Source: an uncultured Candidatus Saccharibacteria bacterium (GTDB taxonomy: Bacteria > Patescibacteriota > Minisyncoccia > Phycocordibacterales > DATDWN01). Taken from it: a DNA stretch of 64,000 nucleotides. Below the pieces are notes generated by a model. That model saw nothing but the letters and a program-made list of their open reading frames with translations. It was not told the origin of the DNA and did no database searches. Where the stretch lies: assembly GCA_964426735.1 (NCBI GenBank), contig CAYRRP010000002.1, positions 6,582 through 70,581 of the forward strand, read 5' to 3'. A program made the translations under genes and the position numbers. Of this stretch, positions 1 to 8,429 are shown one piece after another. The stretch's first letter is position 1; the number at the start of each line of letters is the position of its first letter.

Positions 1-665
1 TACCATACGCCGAGGTCAAAGTCCACGTGGTTCATGAGTCTGTATATACCAGGAGCATCTTTTGGTGCGGTACCAAGTAGTACCATTTGAAACTGCATTA
101 CTTTTCGCAGAATTTCAGATTTGAAGGTGCGGTTAATAATTTTCTCCATATTGTTGAAAATTTCTAACTTTCTTCCTTCTCGCATAGTGCGTTTATTGAA
201 AAAATCAAAAATAGAATCATAGTTTTTATACATAAATTCTTTTTTTGCAATTTCGTACTGTCGCTTTGATTCATCGAGATACTCGGCAAGTTTCTGTGAA
301 GAACCTGGCTCGATTGATTCAAAAAGCTCAGCATTCTTTGCTCTATCTGAGTAGAAATCATAGTGTCGCCCTTCACTTTTTAGAAAGACTCGATATGAAG
401 GAGAGAGGCGTGAAAGGTGAAGGTAGTCATGGATATTTTCTCCAAGTATATTAAAAAAATCTTCAAATACTTCAGGCATCATGTACCACGATGGCCCCAT
501 ATCAAAGGTATAACCAGCTTCTTGTATGAGTCGCGCTCTTCCTCCGACCTGGTCATTTTTCTCGTATACATGTACCTCGAAACCTTTTTTGGCAAGCAGT
601 GCTGCGAGAGAAATCCCACCAAATCCTGCGCCAATGATCACTACTTTTTGTTTAGTATAAGACAT
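1..665 (-). CDS. crtI: Phytoene desaturase CrtI family, 5' part; runs off the left edge and is absent from the ORF track
   Basis: Manual translation from ATG at 665: MSYTKQKVVIIGAGFGGISLAALLAKKGFEVHVYEKNDQVGGRARLIQEAGYTFDMGPSWYMMPEVFEDFF..., open to base 1. FAD-binding GxGxxG plus the FDMGPSW motif; overlaps the crtB stop. Confidence 0.93.
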   Translation of the reverse strand, partial: MSYTKQKVVIIGAGFGGISLAALLAKKGFEVHVYEKNDQVGGRARLIQEAGYTFDMGPSWYMMPEVFEDFFNILGENIHDYLHLSRLSPSYRVFLKSEGRHYDFYSDRAKNAELFESIEPGSSQKLAEYLDESKRQYEIAKKEFMYKNYDSIFDFFNKRTMREGRKLEIFNNMEKIINRTFKSEILRKVMQFQMVLLGTAPKDAPGIYRLMNHVDFDLGVW

Positions 666-1500
666 ATGTTTTTAGTATCAGCCATAATTTTTCTAATGTT
701 GTTGAGCGAACTCGTTTCTCGAATATATTGTATTGGTTCTGTTCAATTTTATCTAATATTTTTTCATAAAGACGTGATGCAAGTCGCACAGGGAACTGTC
801 CTTTGTGAGAAAGCATGCAGATTCCAAGCTCAGCTTCTTTAAATAACTGACGTGCGCGGTGTACTTCAAATTTCATGAGATTAATAAACTCGGGAGTTGT
901 TTCTTGTCGTGCAATCATGGCTTCAGTTACATTGAAACGATTCATGTCTTCTTGGGGTATGTATATACGACCTCGGTCTTGATAATCTTCTCGTATGTCA
1001 CGAAGGAAGTTTGTTAGTTGCATAGCTTCTCCGAGTGATGCTGCGTGCGGAAGTGCATGCGGGTCGTAATATCCAATAATATAGGTAAGCATGAGTCCTA
1101 CGGTTTCTGCTGAGCCGTGCATATATGCTTTCAGGTCGGCGTATGTAGCATACCGTGAGACAGTTACATCTTGAATCATTGCATCAATAAACGTCTGACT
1201 CAGATCAAAAGGAATATCATATCGTCTAAATATTTCAGCGGTTGCAGTAAGAAGAGGATTGTCGGTTGTACGACGGTGGTATGCATGCTCCCATTCGGTT
1301 TTCCATTGGAGGAGTTTTGCACGAGGATTACTTCCTGGTTCTGGGTTATCAACAAATTCATCAGGTGTGCGTACGAATGCGTAGAGGATAAAAACAGCCT
1401 CTTTTATTTCTTTAGGGAAGAAGAGGGTTGCTATGTAGTAACTCGTTCCATGTTTTTTTTCGATATGCTCGGCTTGTGCGAGTGTTTCTTGGTGTATCAT
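652..1500 (-). CDS. crtB: Phytoene/squalene synthase family (phytoene synthase)
   Basis: LYAFVRTPDEFVD and AMQLTNFLRDIREDYQDRGRIYIP motifs; lies between a polyprenyl synthase and crtI. Confidence 0.92.
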   Translation of the reverse strand: MIHQETLAQAEHIEKKHGTSYYIATLFFPKEIKEAVFILYAFVRTPDEFVDNPEPGSNPRAKLLQWKTEWEHAYHRRTTDNPLLTATAEIFRRYDIPFDLSQTFIDAMIQDVTVSRYATYADLKAYMHGSAETVGLMLTYIIGYYDPHALPHAASLGEAMQLTNFLRDIREDYQDRGRIYIPQEDMNRFNVTEAMIARQETTPEFINLMKFEVHRARQLFKEAELGICMLSHKGQFPVRLASRLYEKILDKIEQNQYNIFEKRVRSTTLEKLWLILKTYVLY

Positions 1501-2555
1501 AATGTTCTATTTCGTAAGAGTGAGATGATTGATGTAAATACAAAAGATATGTGACTGTCGAGGTGTGCATCGGCAACCAAATGTTCAGCTTGGGTAATAT
1601 ATTCTTGAACAAGTGCTTGAGCGTATGCAATACTTCCAGAGTCAGTAAAAACTTTTCGAACAGTTTCTGGATCAAGTGAGCTTTTAGGTGCGCCACAGAG
1701 TGCATCCAGTTGATCTCTGTACAAAGGAGCAGATTTTTCACGTATATAGGCGGTGAGTACCGTATGTTGATTTTCTTGAAGATCCGTAAACATTTCTTTT
1801 TTTGTATCCTTAGGATTGCCAATTATATCAAGAAGGTCATCTTGTACTTGAAACAGCATACCGATTATTTCTCCAAAACGAAGTGAAACATCAATAAGGT
1901 CTTCACGTCCTGCAATAAGTGCTCCGATATGTAGAGGACGTGCAAAAGAGTAGTATGCAGTTTTCAATCTATTTTTCTCTATGATAGATGAAAGTGGTGC
2001 GTTTGTTTCTGTGGTGAGGTGTATATCAAGCATTTGACCAATACATACCTCATCAACAAGTGTAGTAAATACGTACCGTATATTCTGTCGTATCTCCGGT
2101 GTGCTCCATGAGGTAGTGTTGAGCAGCTCAAATACATAGTTAAATACAATATCACCTGCTAAAATTGCTTGATTTTCACTTGCTCGCTCGATATTTTTTT
2201 CAACACGCTTGTTGGTAAGAAGTGCATGGGTATAGGTGTGTATAGTCGGCGTACCATGTCGTACAAGCGCTTCATCCATAATGTCATCATGGATAAGACA
2301 AAATACGTGAAAGAGCTCAACTGCGACAAGGAGCGGAGCGATATCTTCAATTGATGCTTCTGTGTGGGTAGATTTGTATAATGACCATATAATAAATGGA
2401 CGTAATCGTTTGCCACCAGTACTTACATTTTGTATATGTGACAAAATCGAGAGTACTGTTTCTTCGGATGTAATATTTTTATATGCGGTGTATTTTGACG
2501 CAAGATGGCGAGCAAGAAGTGGATCGAATGTTTGTTTGAACAACGCTATATCCAT
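1497..2555 (-). CDS. crtE: Polyprenyl (likely geranylgeranyl) diphosphate synthase
   Basis: GGKRLRP, first Asp-rich motif LIHDDIMD, second FQVQDDLLD; ATGA overlap with crtB. Start at 2555 preferred (ORF open to 2612). Confidence 0.85.
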   Translation of the reverse strand: MDIALFKQTFDPLLARHLASKYTAYKNITSEETVLSILSHIQNVSTGGKRLRPFIIWSLYKSTHTEASIEDIAPLLVAVELFHVFCLIHDDIMDEALVRHGTPTIHTYTHALLTNKRVEKNIERASENQAILAGDIVFNYVFELLNTTSWSTPEIRQNIRYVFTTLVDEVCIGQMLDIHLTTETNAPLSSIIEKNRLKTAYYSFARPLHIGALIAGREDLIDVSLRFGEIIGMLFQVQDDLLDIIGNPKDTKKEMFTDLQENQHTVLTAYIREKSAPLYRDQLDALCGAPKSSLDPETVRKVFTDSGSIAYAQALVQEYITQAEHLVADAHLDSHISFVFTSIISLLRNRTL

Positions 2556-2638
2556 AGGCAATATTGTTCTTACTGTATCGTATTTAAGGTTTTTTGTATA
2601 CACAGTTTGCATAGGTCACTCTGGTGTATACTGTATAT

Positions 2639-2920
2639 ATGGATACAATATTCAAAGCGGATATCTTTTTTGTAATCACTACTGTGGTGGTGTGTGTACT
2701 TGGTCTACTTATTGCATTGGTACTTATATATCTCATCCGTATATTACGTGATGTAAAAAAACTCTCTCGAAAAGTACGACAAGAAGGGGAAGCGTTGGTT
2801 GAGGATATTGAGGGCTTGCGTGAAAATATAAAAAAGAACACAATTAAACTATCGGACATCCTTTCTTTTGGGTTTCTCAGGAAAAAGGTAGTACGAAAAA
2901 ACATTAAAAAAAGTAATTAA
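2639..2920 (+). CDS. Small membrane protein (single TM plus coiled coil, DUF948-like)
   Basis: N-terminal hydrophobic helix followed by a basic coiled segment; TATACT 6 nt upstream of the ATG. Confidence 0.6.
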   Translation: MDTIFKADIFFVITTVVVCVLGLLIALVLIYLIRILRDVKKLSRKVRQEGEALVEDIEGLRENIKKNTIKLSDILSFGFLRKKVVRKNIKKSN

Positions 2921-2932
2921 TACATTTATCTC

Positions 2933-3298
2933 ATGGCAAAGAAACAAGAAAGTGGTGTTGCAGTAGCGGTAGGTCTCGGAGCTCTTGCGGCTCTCTCAGC
3001 GGGGGCATACTTTTTGTATGGAACTAAAGAGGGCGCAAAAAAACGAGTAAAAATTAAAGGATGGATGTTGAAGGCAAAAGGGGAAGTATTGGAAAAAATG
3101 GAGTCTTTGAAAGATGTAAATGAAGAAACATACAATAAAGTACTTTCTACTGTTATGAAAAAGTACGAAGGACTTAAGAATGTTGATCAAAATGAAGTTG
3201 CAGAATTAGTAACTGATCTTAAAAAGCACTGGAAGAATATAAAAAAACACATCGATGGTGCAACAAAACTAAAAAAAGCTGTAGCAAAGAAAAAGTAA
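2933..3298 (+). CDS. YtxH-like membrane-anchored protein
   Basis: Gly/Ala-rich TM (AAGAYFLYG-type) followed by Lys-rich helices. Confidence 0.6.
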   Translation: MAKKQESGVAVAVGLGALAALSAGAYFLYGTKEGAKKRVKIKGWMLKAKGEVLEKMESLKDVNEETYNKVLSTVMKKYEGLKNVDQNEVAELVTDLKKHWKNIKKHIDGATKLKKAVAKKK

Positions 3299-3316
3299 AA
3301 AACTTTTACTTCGAAC

Positions 3317-3343
3317 AAAAAGACCGTTTATTACGGTCTTTTT
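3317..3343. terminator. Intrinsic terminator
   Basis: aaaaagaccgt-ttatt-acggtcttttt hairpin after the 2933-3298 gene. Confidence 0.75.
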
Positions 3344-3388
3344 GTTTATACAAGTCTCTGGTATAGTGTGTGGCGGGAGGAAAAAGCT

Positions 3389-3820
3389 ATGGCAGTAACA
3401 TTACTGAGACTGTGGGACATTAACTTGAAAGGTTATAAGATTGTACGGTATTCAAATTCGTGTCCTGCAGACTTGAAATCACTCGAACCCGTCAGATTTA
3501 GCGGTGAGACCTTAGAGCACGCTCTTGCGTCAACAGAAGGTTATGATTCGACAAATTTAACCCTTATCGGTTTAGCTCGAGTTAGTAAAGAAATCAAAAA
3601 AATTCACAAGTCACAGGTACCAGATTTCTTTTTTGAGCAGCGCTGCTGGGTGCCTCGGCGGTTTATTGCGGGGGGAACCTTGTTGGTGTATAAGGGTGAG
3701 AAGTATGCACTCGCTTTTTATTTTATTGGCCATGAATGGTTCGTCCGGCCAGTAGTTCTTTCCATGAAAAATACACCGGATTACTATTTTCTGGTGGTGA
3801 AGAAGGAGGGGTCTGCATGA
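3389..3820 (+). CDS. Hypothetical protein (orphan)
   Basis: Open frame with a GGGAGG Shine-Dalgarno before ATG 3389; no motif recognised. Confidence 0.55.
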   Translation: MAVTLLRLWDINLKGYKIVRYSNSCPADLKSLEPVRFSGETLEHALASTEGYDSTNLTLIGLARVSKEIKKIHKSQVPDFFFEQRCWVPRRFIAGGTLLVYKGEKYALAFYFIGHEWFVRPVVLSMKNTPDYYFLVVKKEGSA

Positions 3821-3839
3821 TGCAGACCCTTTTTTGTTA

Positions 3840-5030
3840 TTAGCGTGTATCTTTGAGGGCAAGTGACCAGTATGTTCCAAGTATTACTGTAATTCCAAGC
3901 AGGAGGAATATGTAATTGTATGGTAAAAATCTCAGTGCGAATGTTGCAACGATAGGTCCAATAATAAAACCAAGTGGGCGAGTGGTTCGGTATATACTGA
4001 TTTCATCAGTTTGACTTTGATTTACTTGTTTAAAGAAGAAACTATCTGAGGTGATTTCAACAAAGGAAGCCCCAGTACGTGTAAGGAATAGGAGTGAAGT
4101 CCAGAGAATAAAGTTGTTGGTGGTGATGAAGCTGATGCAGATTGTTGCAAGACCCATGATTATAAGTCCTATAGTGAGTATTTCTTTCTCACCGTATTTA
4201 GTGTCAGCAAGTTTGCCGATAGGAAGCTCAAATAATGCAAATGGAAGAAGCATGATAGTAAACATAATACCGATTTGTTCCCATGAGAATCCGATATGCA
4301 TGTTCAGATGTACAGGCATATAAATAATCATAATTGCATAGAACAATTGAAGGATGAGGTGACACATGAATACTTTCGATAGGTTTGCTATTTCTATGAA
4401 TGTAACCACCGTCTCACGTACTTTAATGTGTGCAATAGGTACATCTGTATAATTTTTAAAATATCGTCTGGTGAGGATGAAGAGTGGTATAAGACAAAGG
4501 AGTGATATGAAGTACACTCGATCAAATTGATCTTTTGCTAAAATAAAACCTACAAGCATTGGTGCGATTACGAGAGTAATGTTTGCAAGGGTAAGATATG
4601 TACCTCGAATTCCACCAGTTTTTGTTTCATCGGTTGATTCACTTTCGAGGAAGACATCGAGATTGAAAAGAATAAGAGGAACGACAATTTGATGGATAAG
4701 GAAATAGATACCAATCAGTGTGGGGTTTTGTGAAAATATCAGGCCAGTTACTGCAAGAGCTTCGAGTGTGATCGCACTCAGTATAATTTTATAGTTGCCA
4801 ACTTTGTTGAGTATTTTTGATATATTGAGAAGGAGCACAAGGTTTATGAGTGACCCTATGGTGTAGAGGTTACTTACTTGATCATCGGTAAAAAAATGAG
4901 ACAGAAAGGATGAGTTTATGTAAATAATAAAGTAATAATGGAAGGATAGAAATATGTTGGCAAGATATACAACAGTGAGTAATTTATGTTGACGCACCCG
5001 TTCAGTTAATTTCGTAAGAATAAAATCCAT
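3840..5030 (-). CDS. MFS transporter
   Basis: About 12 hydrophobic helices; GKLADTKYGEK resembles MFS motif A. Start MDFIL at 5030; the longer ORF extends into the IS end. Confidence 0.88.
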   Translation of the reverse strand: MDFILTKLTERVRQHKLLTVVYLANIFLSFHYYFIIYINSSFLSHFFTDDQVSNLYTIGSLINLVLLLNISKILNKVGNYKIILSAITLEALAVTGLIFSQNPTLIGIYFLIHQIVVPLILFNLDVFLESESTDETKTGGIRGTYLTLANITLVIAPMLVGFILAKDQFDRVYFISLLCLIPLFILTRRYFKNYTDVPIAHIKVRETVVTFIEIANLSKVFMCHLILQLFYAIMIIYMPVHLNMHIGFSWEQIGIMFTIMLLPFALFELPIGKLADTKYGEKEILTIGLIIMGLATICISFITTNNFILWTSLLFLTRTGASFVEITSDSFFFKQVNQSQTDEISIYRTTRPLGFIIGPIVATFALRFLPYNYIFLLLGITVILGTYWSLALKDTR

Positions 5031-5123
5031 ATTTGTATAGTATAACGGAAAATGATGCTTGGACAAAACTAAGTGAGTACTACGGATCTCCCCACCATAC
5101 ACCTTTCCGGAGTTTTCCAAAAG

Positions 5124-6116
5124 TGTTTTAGGTACACACATTTGTCACCTCTAATTCTAACATTTCATTAGGTGTTTTCCCATTTAAACCACAATGTTCT
5201 AAATTGTTGTAGTACTCATTCCATGTTTTCAATTTCTCTTGCAAGTCATTCATTGATTTGAATTTGTGTTTTTCGTAGAATTTCTCTTGATCTTCTCTGT
5301 GACTTCTTTCCACTGTCCCGTTTTGTGCAGGTTTGCCAGGATCAATGAGGTAGTGAATGATATTGTGTTCTGTACAAAATGTATCAAGTCCATGGAGTGT
5401 TTTGACTGAAACATCACTTCTTTTGTTTGTTCCGAGGTAGTAGTTGGTGAACATACTTCCATTGTCTGTTTTAATTGCATGTATCTTGTACTTAAATTGC
5501 TTGATGACGTCTTCTAGAAACAAAACTGAGTGGTATGATGTCTGTTCATCATATATTGCAAGATACCTCCATCGAGAAGCTGTATCAATGGCTGTATACT
5601 GAAAATATCGTTTTCCTGCAATCTTTCCTGGTACATACTTCACATCAATCTCAATGAGTTCACCTGGTTTTCTTTCAGCTTTGATATATTTGTATTTGAT
5701 TTTCTTTACTCTGTATTTTCGTACTAAATTCTCTGATTTCAATATCTTTCCAATTGTTCTTTCGTGAATGACAACTCCTTCCTTTGCTAGTTTCCACTTT
5801 AGCTTGAGTGCACAGAGTTTAGTTTTCTTTCGGAGATCAACCACTCTCTCTTTTAGTTGAATCTGTGATTCCTTTGGATTTGTCTTTGGTCTTGTTGATT
5901 TTGGTATGAGTCCTTTCTCTCCTTTGTCACGGTATTCTTTGAGCCACCTCTTGAGGGTTCTTCCATTGTGAGGAAAGATCTTGATTACATCTTTTAGCCT
6001 AGCTCCATCCTCGACCATTTGTACCCATCTTAAACGTTCTTCTTGTATGTTTTTTGGCATATGTGTACACATGAGTTAACTCTACTAAAAAGTGACATAT
6101 GTGTGTGCACATTACC
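5124..6116 (-). mobile_element. IS481-family insertion sequence
   Basis: Imperfect terminal inverted repeats sharing acacacat(t/a)tgtcac (about 5124-5150 and 6088-6116); possible 4-bp target duplication aaag (5120-5123 and 6117-6120); transposase stop lies inside the IR. Confidence 0.8.
5128..6072 (-). CDS. IS481-family DDE transposase
   Basis: N-terminal HTH; catalytic motifs EIDVKY, KTDNGSMF and QNGTVERSHRED. Confidence 0.92.
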   Translation of the reverse strand: MCTHMPKNIQEERLRWVQMVEDGARLKDVIKIFPHNGRTLKRWLKEYRDKGEKGLIPKSTRPKTNPKESQIQLKERVVDLRKKTKLCALKLKWKLAKEGVVIHERTIGKILKSENLVRKYRVKKIKYKYIKAERKPGELIEIDVKYVPGKIAGKRYFQYTAIDTASRWRYLAIYDEQTSYHSVLFLEDVIKQFKYKIHAIKTDNGSMFTNYYLGTNKRSDVSVKTLHGLDTFCTEHNIIHYLIDPGKPAQNGTVERSHREDQEKFYEKHKFKSMNDLQEKLKTWNEYYNNLEHCGLNGKTPNEMLELEVTNVCT

Positions 6117-6124
6117 AAAGTTTA

Positions 6125-6168
6125 TTGACAAAATGGTGCTATGTGTTATATAACATATACAGGAGGGT
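6125..6168 (+). promoter_or_regulatory. Sigma70-type promoter and SD for the Flp pilin cassette
   Basis: TTGACA at 6125-6130, TATAAC-like -10 about 18 bp later, AGGAGG before ATG 6172. Confidence 0.6.
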
Positions 6169-6171
6169 GAT

Positions 6172-6414
6172 ATGAAACTCACTCGAATTCTTTCCCGTTT
6201 AGTTCGGGCCACCACCGGTCAGGACCTCATTGAATACGCGTTGATGGCCGGCTTCATTCTGGTTGCTGCTGGGGCGATCCTGCCAGGAGTTGCCAACAGT
6301 CTCAGTCATCTGTGGCACAAAGCAACTTGTGCTAATCACCAGGTGGAGAAGAGCGTTGATGGCAGCTATTCTTGTGCGCTCTCTGTGTCCGTTCCTGTGC
6401 GAGGGTCACGATAA
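6172..6414 (+). CDS. Flp family type IVb pilin with Cys-containing C-terminal extension
   Basis: G|QDLIEYALM prepilin cleavage/Flp motif followed by a hydrophobic helix. Confidence 0.85.
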   Translation: MKLTRILSRLVRATTGQDLIEYALMAGFILVAAGAILPGVANSLSHLWHKATCANHQVEKSVDGSYSCALSVSVPVRGSR

Positions 6415-6509
6415 TGGATTCGACCATGGTACGTGCCGTCTGCGCACTGTTGGCTGTAGTTTTCTTGGTAATTATTGTTGTCCGTCGACGTAATGACGAA
6501 GAAGAATAA
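6414..6509 (+). CDS. 31-aa membrane peptide MDSTMVRAVCALLAVVFLVIIVVRRRNDEEE (not in ORF track)
   Basis: TAATG coupling to the pilin stop; one TM helix followed by RRR; ends just before the terminator. Confidence 0.7.
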   Translation: MDSTMVRAVCALLAVVFLVIIVVRRRNDEEE

Positions 6510-6515
6510 TTGCCC

Positions 6516-6550
6516 AAAACGCCTGCGAGGGAAACCTCGCAGGCGTTTTT
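6516..6550. terminator. Intrinsic terminator, bidirectional
   Basis: aaaacgcctgcgagg-gaaa-cctcgcaggcgttttt between convergent genes. Confidence 0.85.
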
Positions 6551-6582
6551 CTGTTTACTGTTGACTAATGACTGTTGTCTTT

Positions 6583-8409
6583 CTAGACTCCAAGGATTAC
6601 TGGAATCACAATTGGTTTCTTTGCGGTCTTTTGGTAGAGGTAGCGGCCGACATTGTCCGCAACATTTGCTTTGACGTAGTCAAAGTTGATTGGGTTCATA
6701 CCTTTGGTTGTATCCTCAACTGTTTTTTTGATAATCTGGCGTGTCTGGTTTAAGAGATCTTGCGATTCTCGCAAATACACAAATCCTCGAGAAATAATAT
6801 CGGGAGATTTTTTGAGTTTACCTGTTTTTGCATTCACGCTTGCAACAATCATGAAGATACCATCTTGAGCGAGTGTTTTTCGATCTCGAATCACGAGCTC
6901 TTGTACATCACCAATAGAGAATCCATCCACCATCACGACATTGTCAGGAGCAGATTCTTTGAGACGAACAAATTTAGTTCCACCATCTTGGATTTCAAGG
7001 ATTGCACCATTGTCAGGAACAATAACATTCTCGGGAGGCATACCGATAATTGATTTTGCAAGATCTTCATGTACACGAAGCATGTAGTGACTCCCGTGCA
7101 TTGGCATAAAGAACTTCGCTTTTATTTTTTTATGTAACCATTCGAGCTCTCCTCGGTTTCCGTGTCCAGTTGAGTGGATATATACATCAGATGATCGATA
7201 GTGGATGATTTTTGCACCTTGTCGAGCAAGATTATCTTTAAGTTTCTGTACAGCTTTTTCGTTACCCGGAATAATAGAAGAAGAGAGAAGGACAGTATCC
7301 CGAGGAGTTACTTTAAAGTATTTATGAGTCTTGTTTGACATACGCATCAGTGCCGCAAACTCATCTCCTTGTGCACCTGTTGCGAGCACTACAATACGAT
7401 CAGGAGGGTAGTTTTCCATATCATCTGAGGTGATGATTGTGTCTTTTTTTACTTTCAACATATCGATTGTACGAACAATATCGATATTGTTTTTCATACT
7501 TCTTCCTTCAACAACAACTTTCTTTCCATACCGCTCAGCGATTTCAATGATTTTCATCACGCGTTCGAGCTGTGATGCAAACGTACCGATAATGAGACGA
7601 CTTTTTGTGTTTTTAATAATCTCTTCCAAGTTTTGATGTACTAGACGTTCTGGTGTAGAAAAACCTTGGTTATCAACATTTGTTGAGTCCATCATGAGGA
7701 AGAGTACTTTTTCTTTTTCAAAACGAGAAAATTCTTTTTCTTCTGCTTCGGTAGGAACACCATCAACATGATCAAGTTTGATATCGCCAGGTGTGACGAG
7801 TGCACCATATGGTGTATCGATAATAATACCCATTGAGTCTGGAATAGTGTGAGTCACAGCAAAGAAACGCACTTTAAGTTTTCCGAGAAGAATCGCATCT
7901 TCTTTTTCCACGACTCGAATATCGAGCGCTGGGAGATGAGGGAACTCTTCTTGGCGTTTTTTAACCATAATAGAGGTCAATGCACGAGTGTAGAGTGGTG
8001 GGTTACCGATTCGATCCATGATGTATGGAATACCACCAATATGATCGAGGTGTCCGTGAGTGATAATCACTCCACGAATCTTATCTTTTCGATCCTCAAG
8101 GTATTTTGTGTTAGGAAGAATGTAGTCTACACCTGGTGTATCATCATCTTTAAACTGAAAACCCATATCGATAACTATAATATCGTCTTTGTACTCGATA
8201 AGGGTCATGTTTTTTCCAATCTCTTCTACTCCACCAAGTGGAATAATACGGATTGAATCTCCGGCAGGAGGGATCACATCGTCTTGTTTTTTAGTAAGAC
8301 GTACGTGAGGTGTATGTGGACGACCAAAACTTCTTCGTGGAGAACGTATTGCGCGATGTGTTTCGCGAGGAGTATGTGGTGTTTCGTTATGTGTATCTGA
8401 CTGGTTCAT
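6583..8409 (-). CDS. rnj: Ribonuclease J
   Basis: PLGGVEEIGKNM, THGHLDHIGG metallo-beta-lactamase motif, HSTGHG. Confidence 0.95.
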   Translation of the reverse strand: MNQSDTHNETPHTPRETHRAIRSPRRSFGRPHTPHVRLTKKQDDVIPPAGDSIRIIPLGGVEEIGKNMTLIEYKDDIIVIDMGFQFKDDDTPGVDYILPNTKYLEDRKDKIRGVIITHGHLDHIGGIPYIMDRIGNPPLYTRALTSIMVKKRQEEFPHLPALDIRVVEKEDAILLGKLKVRFFAVTHTIPDSMGIIIDTPYGALVTPGDIKLDHVDGVPTEAEEKEFSRFEKEKVLFLMMDSTNVDNQGFSTPERLVHQNLEEIIKNTKSRLIIGTFASQLERVMKIIEIAERYGKKVVVEGRSMKNNIDIVRTIDMLKVKKDTIITSDDMENYPPDRIVVLATGAQGDEFAALMRMSNKTHKYFKVTPRDTVLLSSSIIPGNEKAVQKLKDNLARQGAKIIHYRSSDVYIHSTGHGNRGELEWLHKKIKAKFFMPMHGSHYMLRVHEDLAKSIIGMPPENVIVPDNGAILEIQDGGTKFVRLKESAPDNVVMVDGFSIGDVQELVIRDRKTLAQDGIFMIVASVNAKTGKLKKSPDIISRGFVYLRESQDLLNQTRQIIKKTVEDTTKGMNPINFDYVKANVADNVGRYLYQKTAKKPIVIPVILGV

Positions 8410-8429
8410 ATGTGTGTTGTTACGTTGGG

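Noticed and set aside
164-842. ORF-track calls 164-376(-), 245-454(+) and 417-842(+)
   Set aside because: Shadows of the crtI frame, which has clear motifs.
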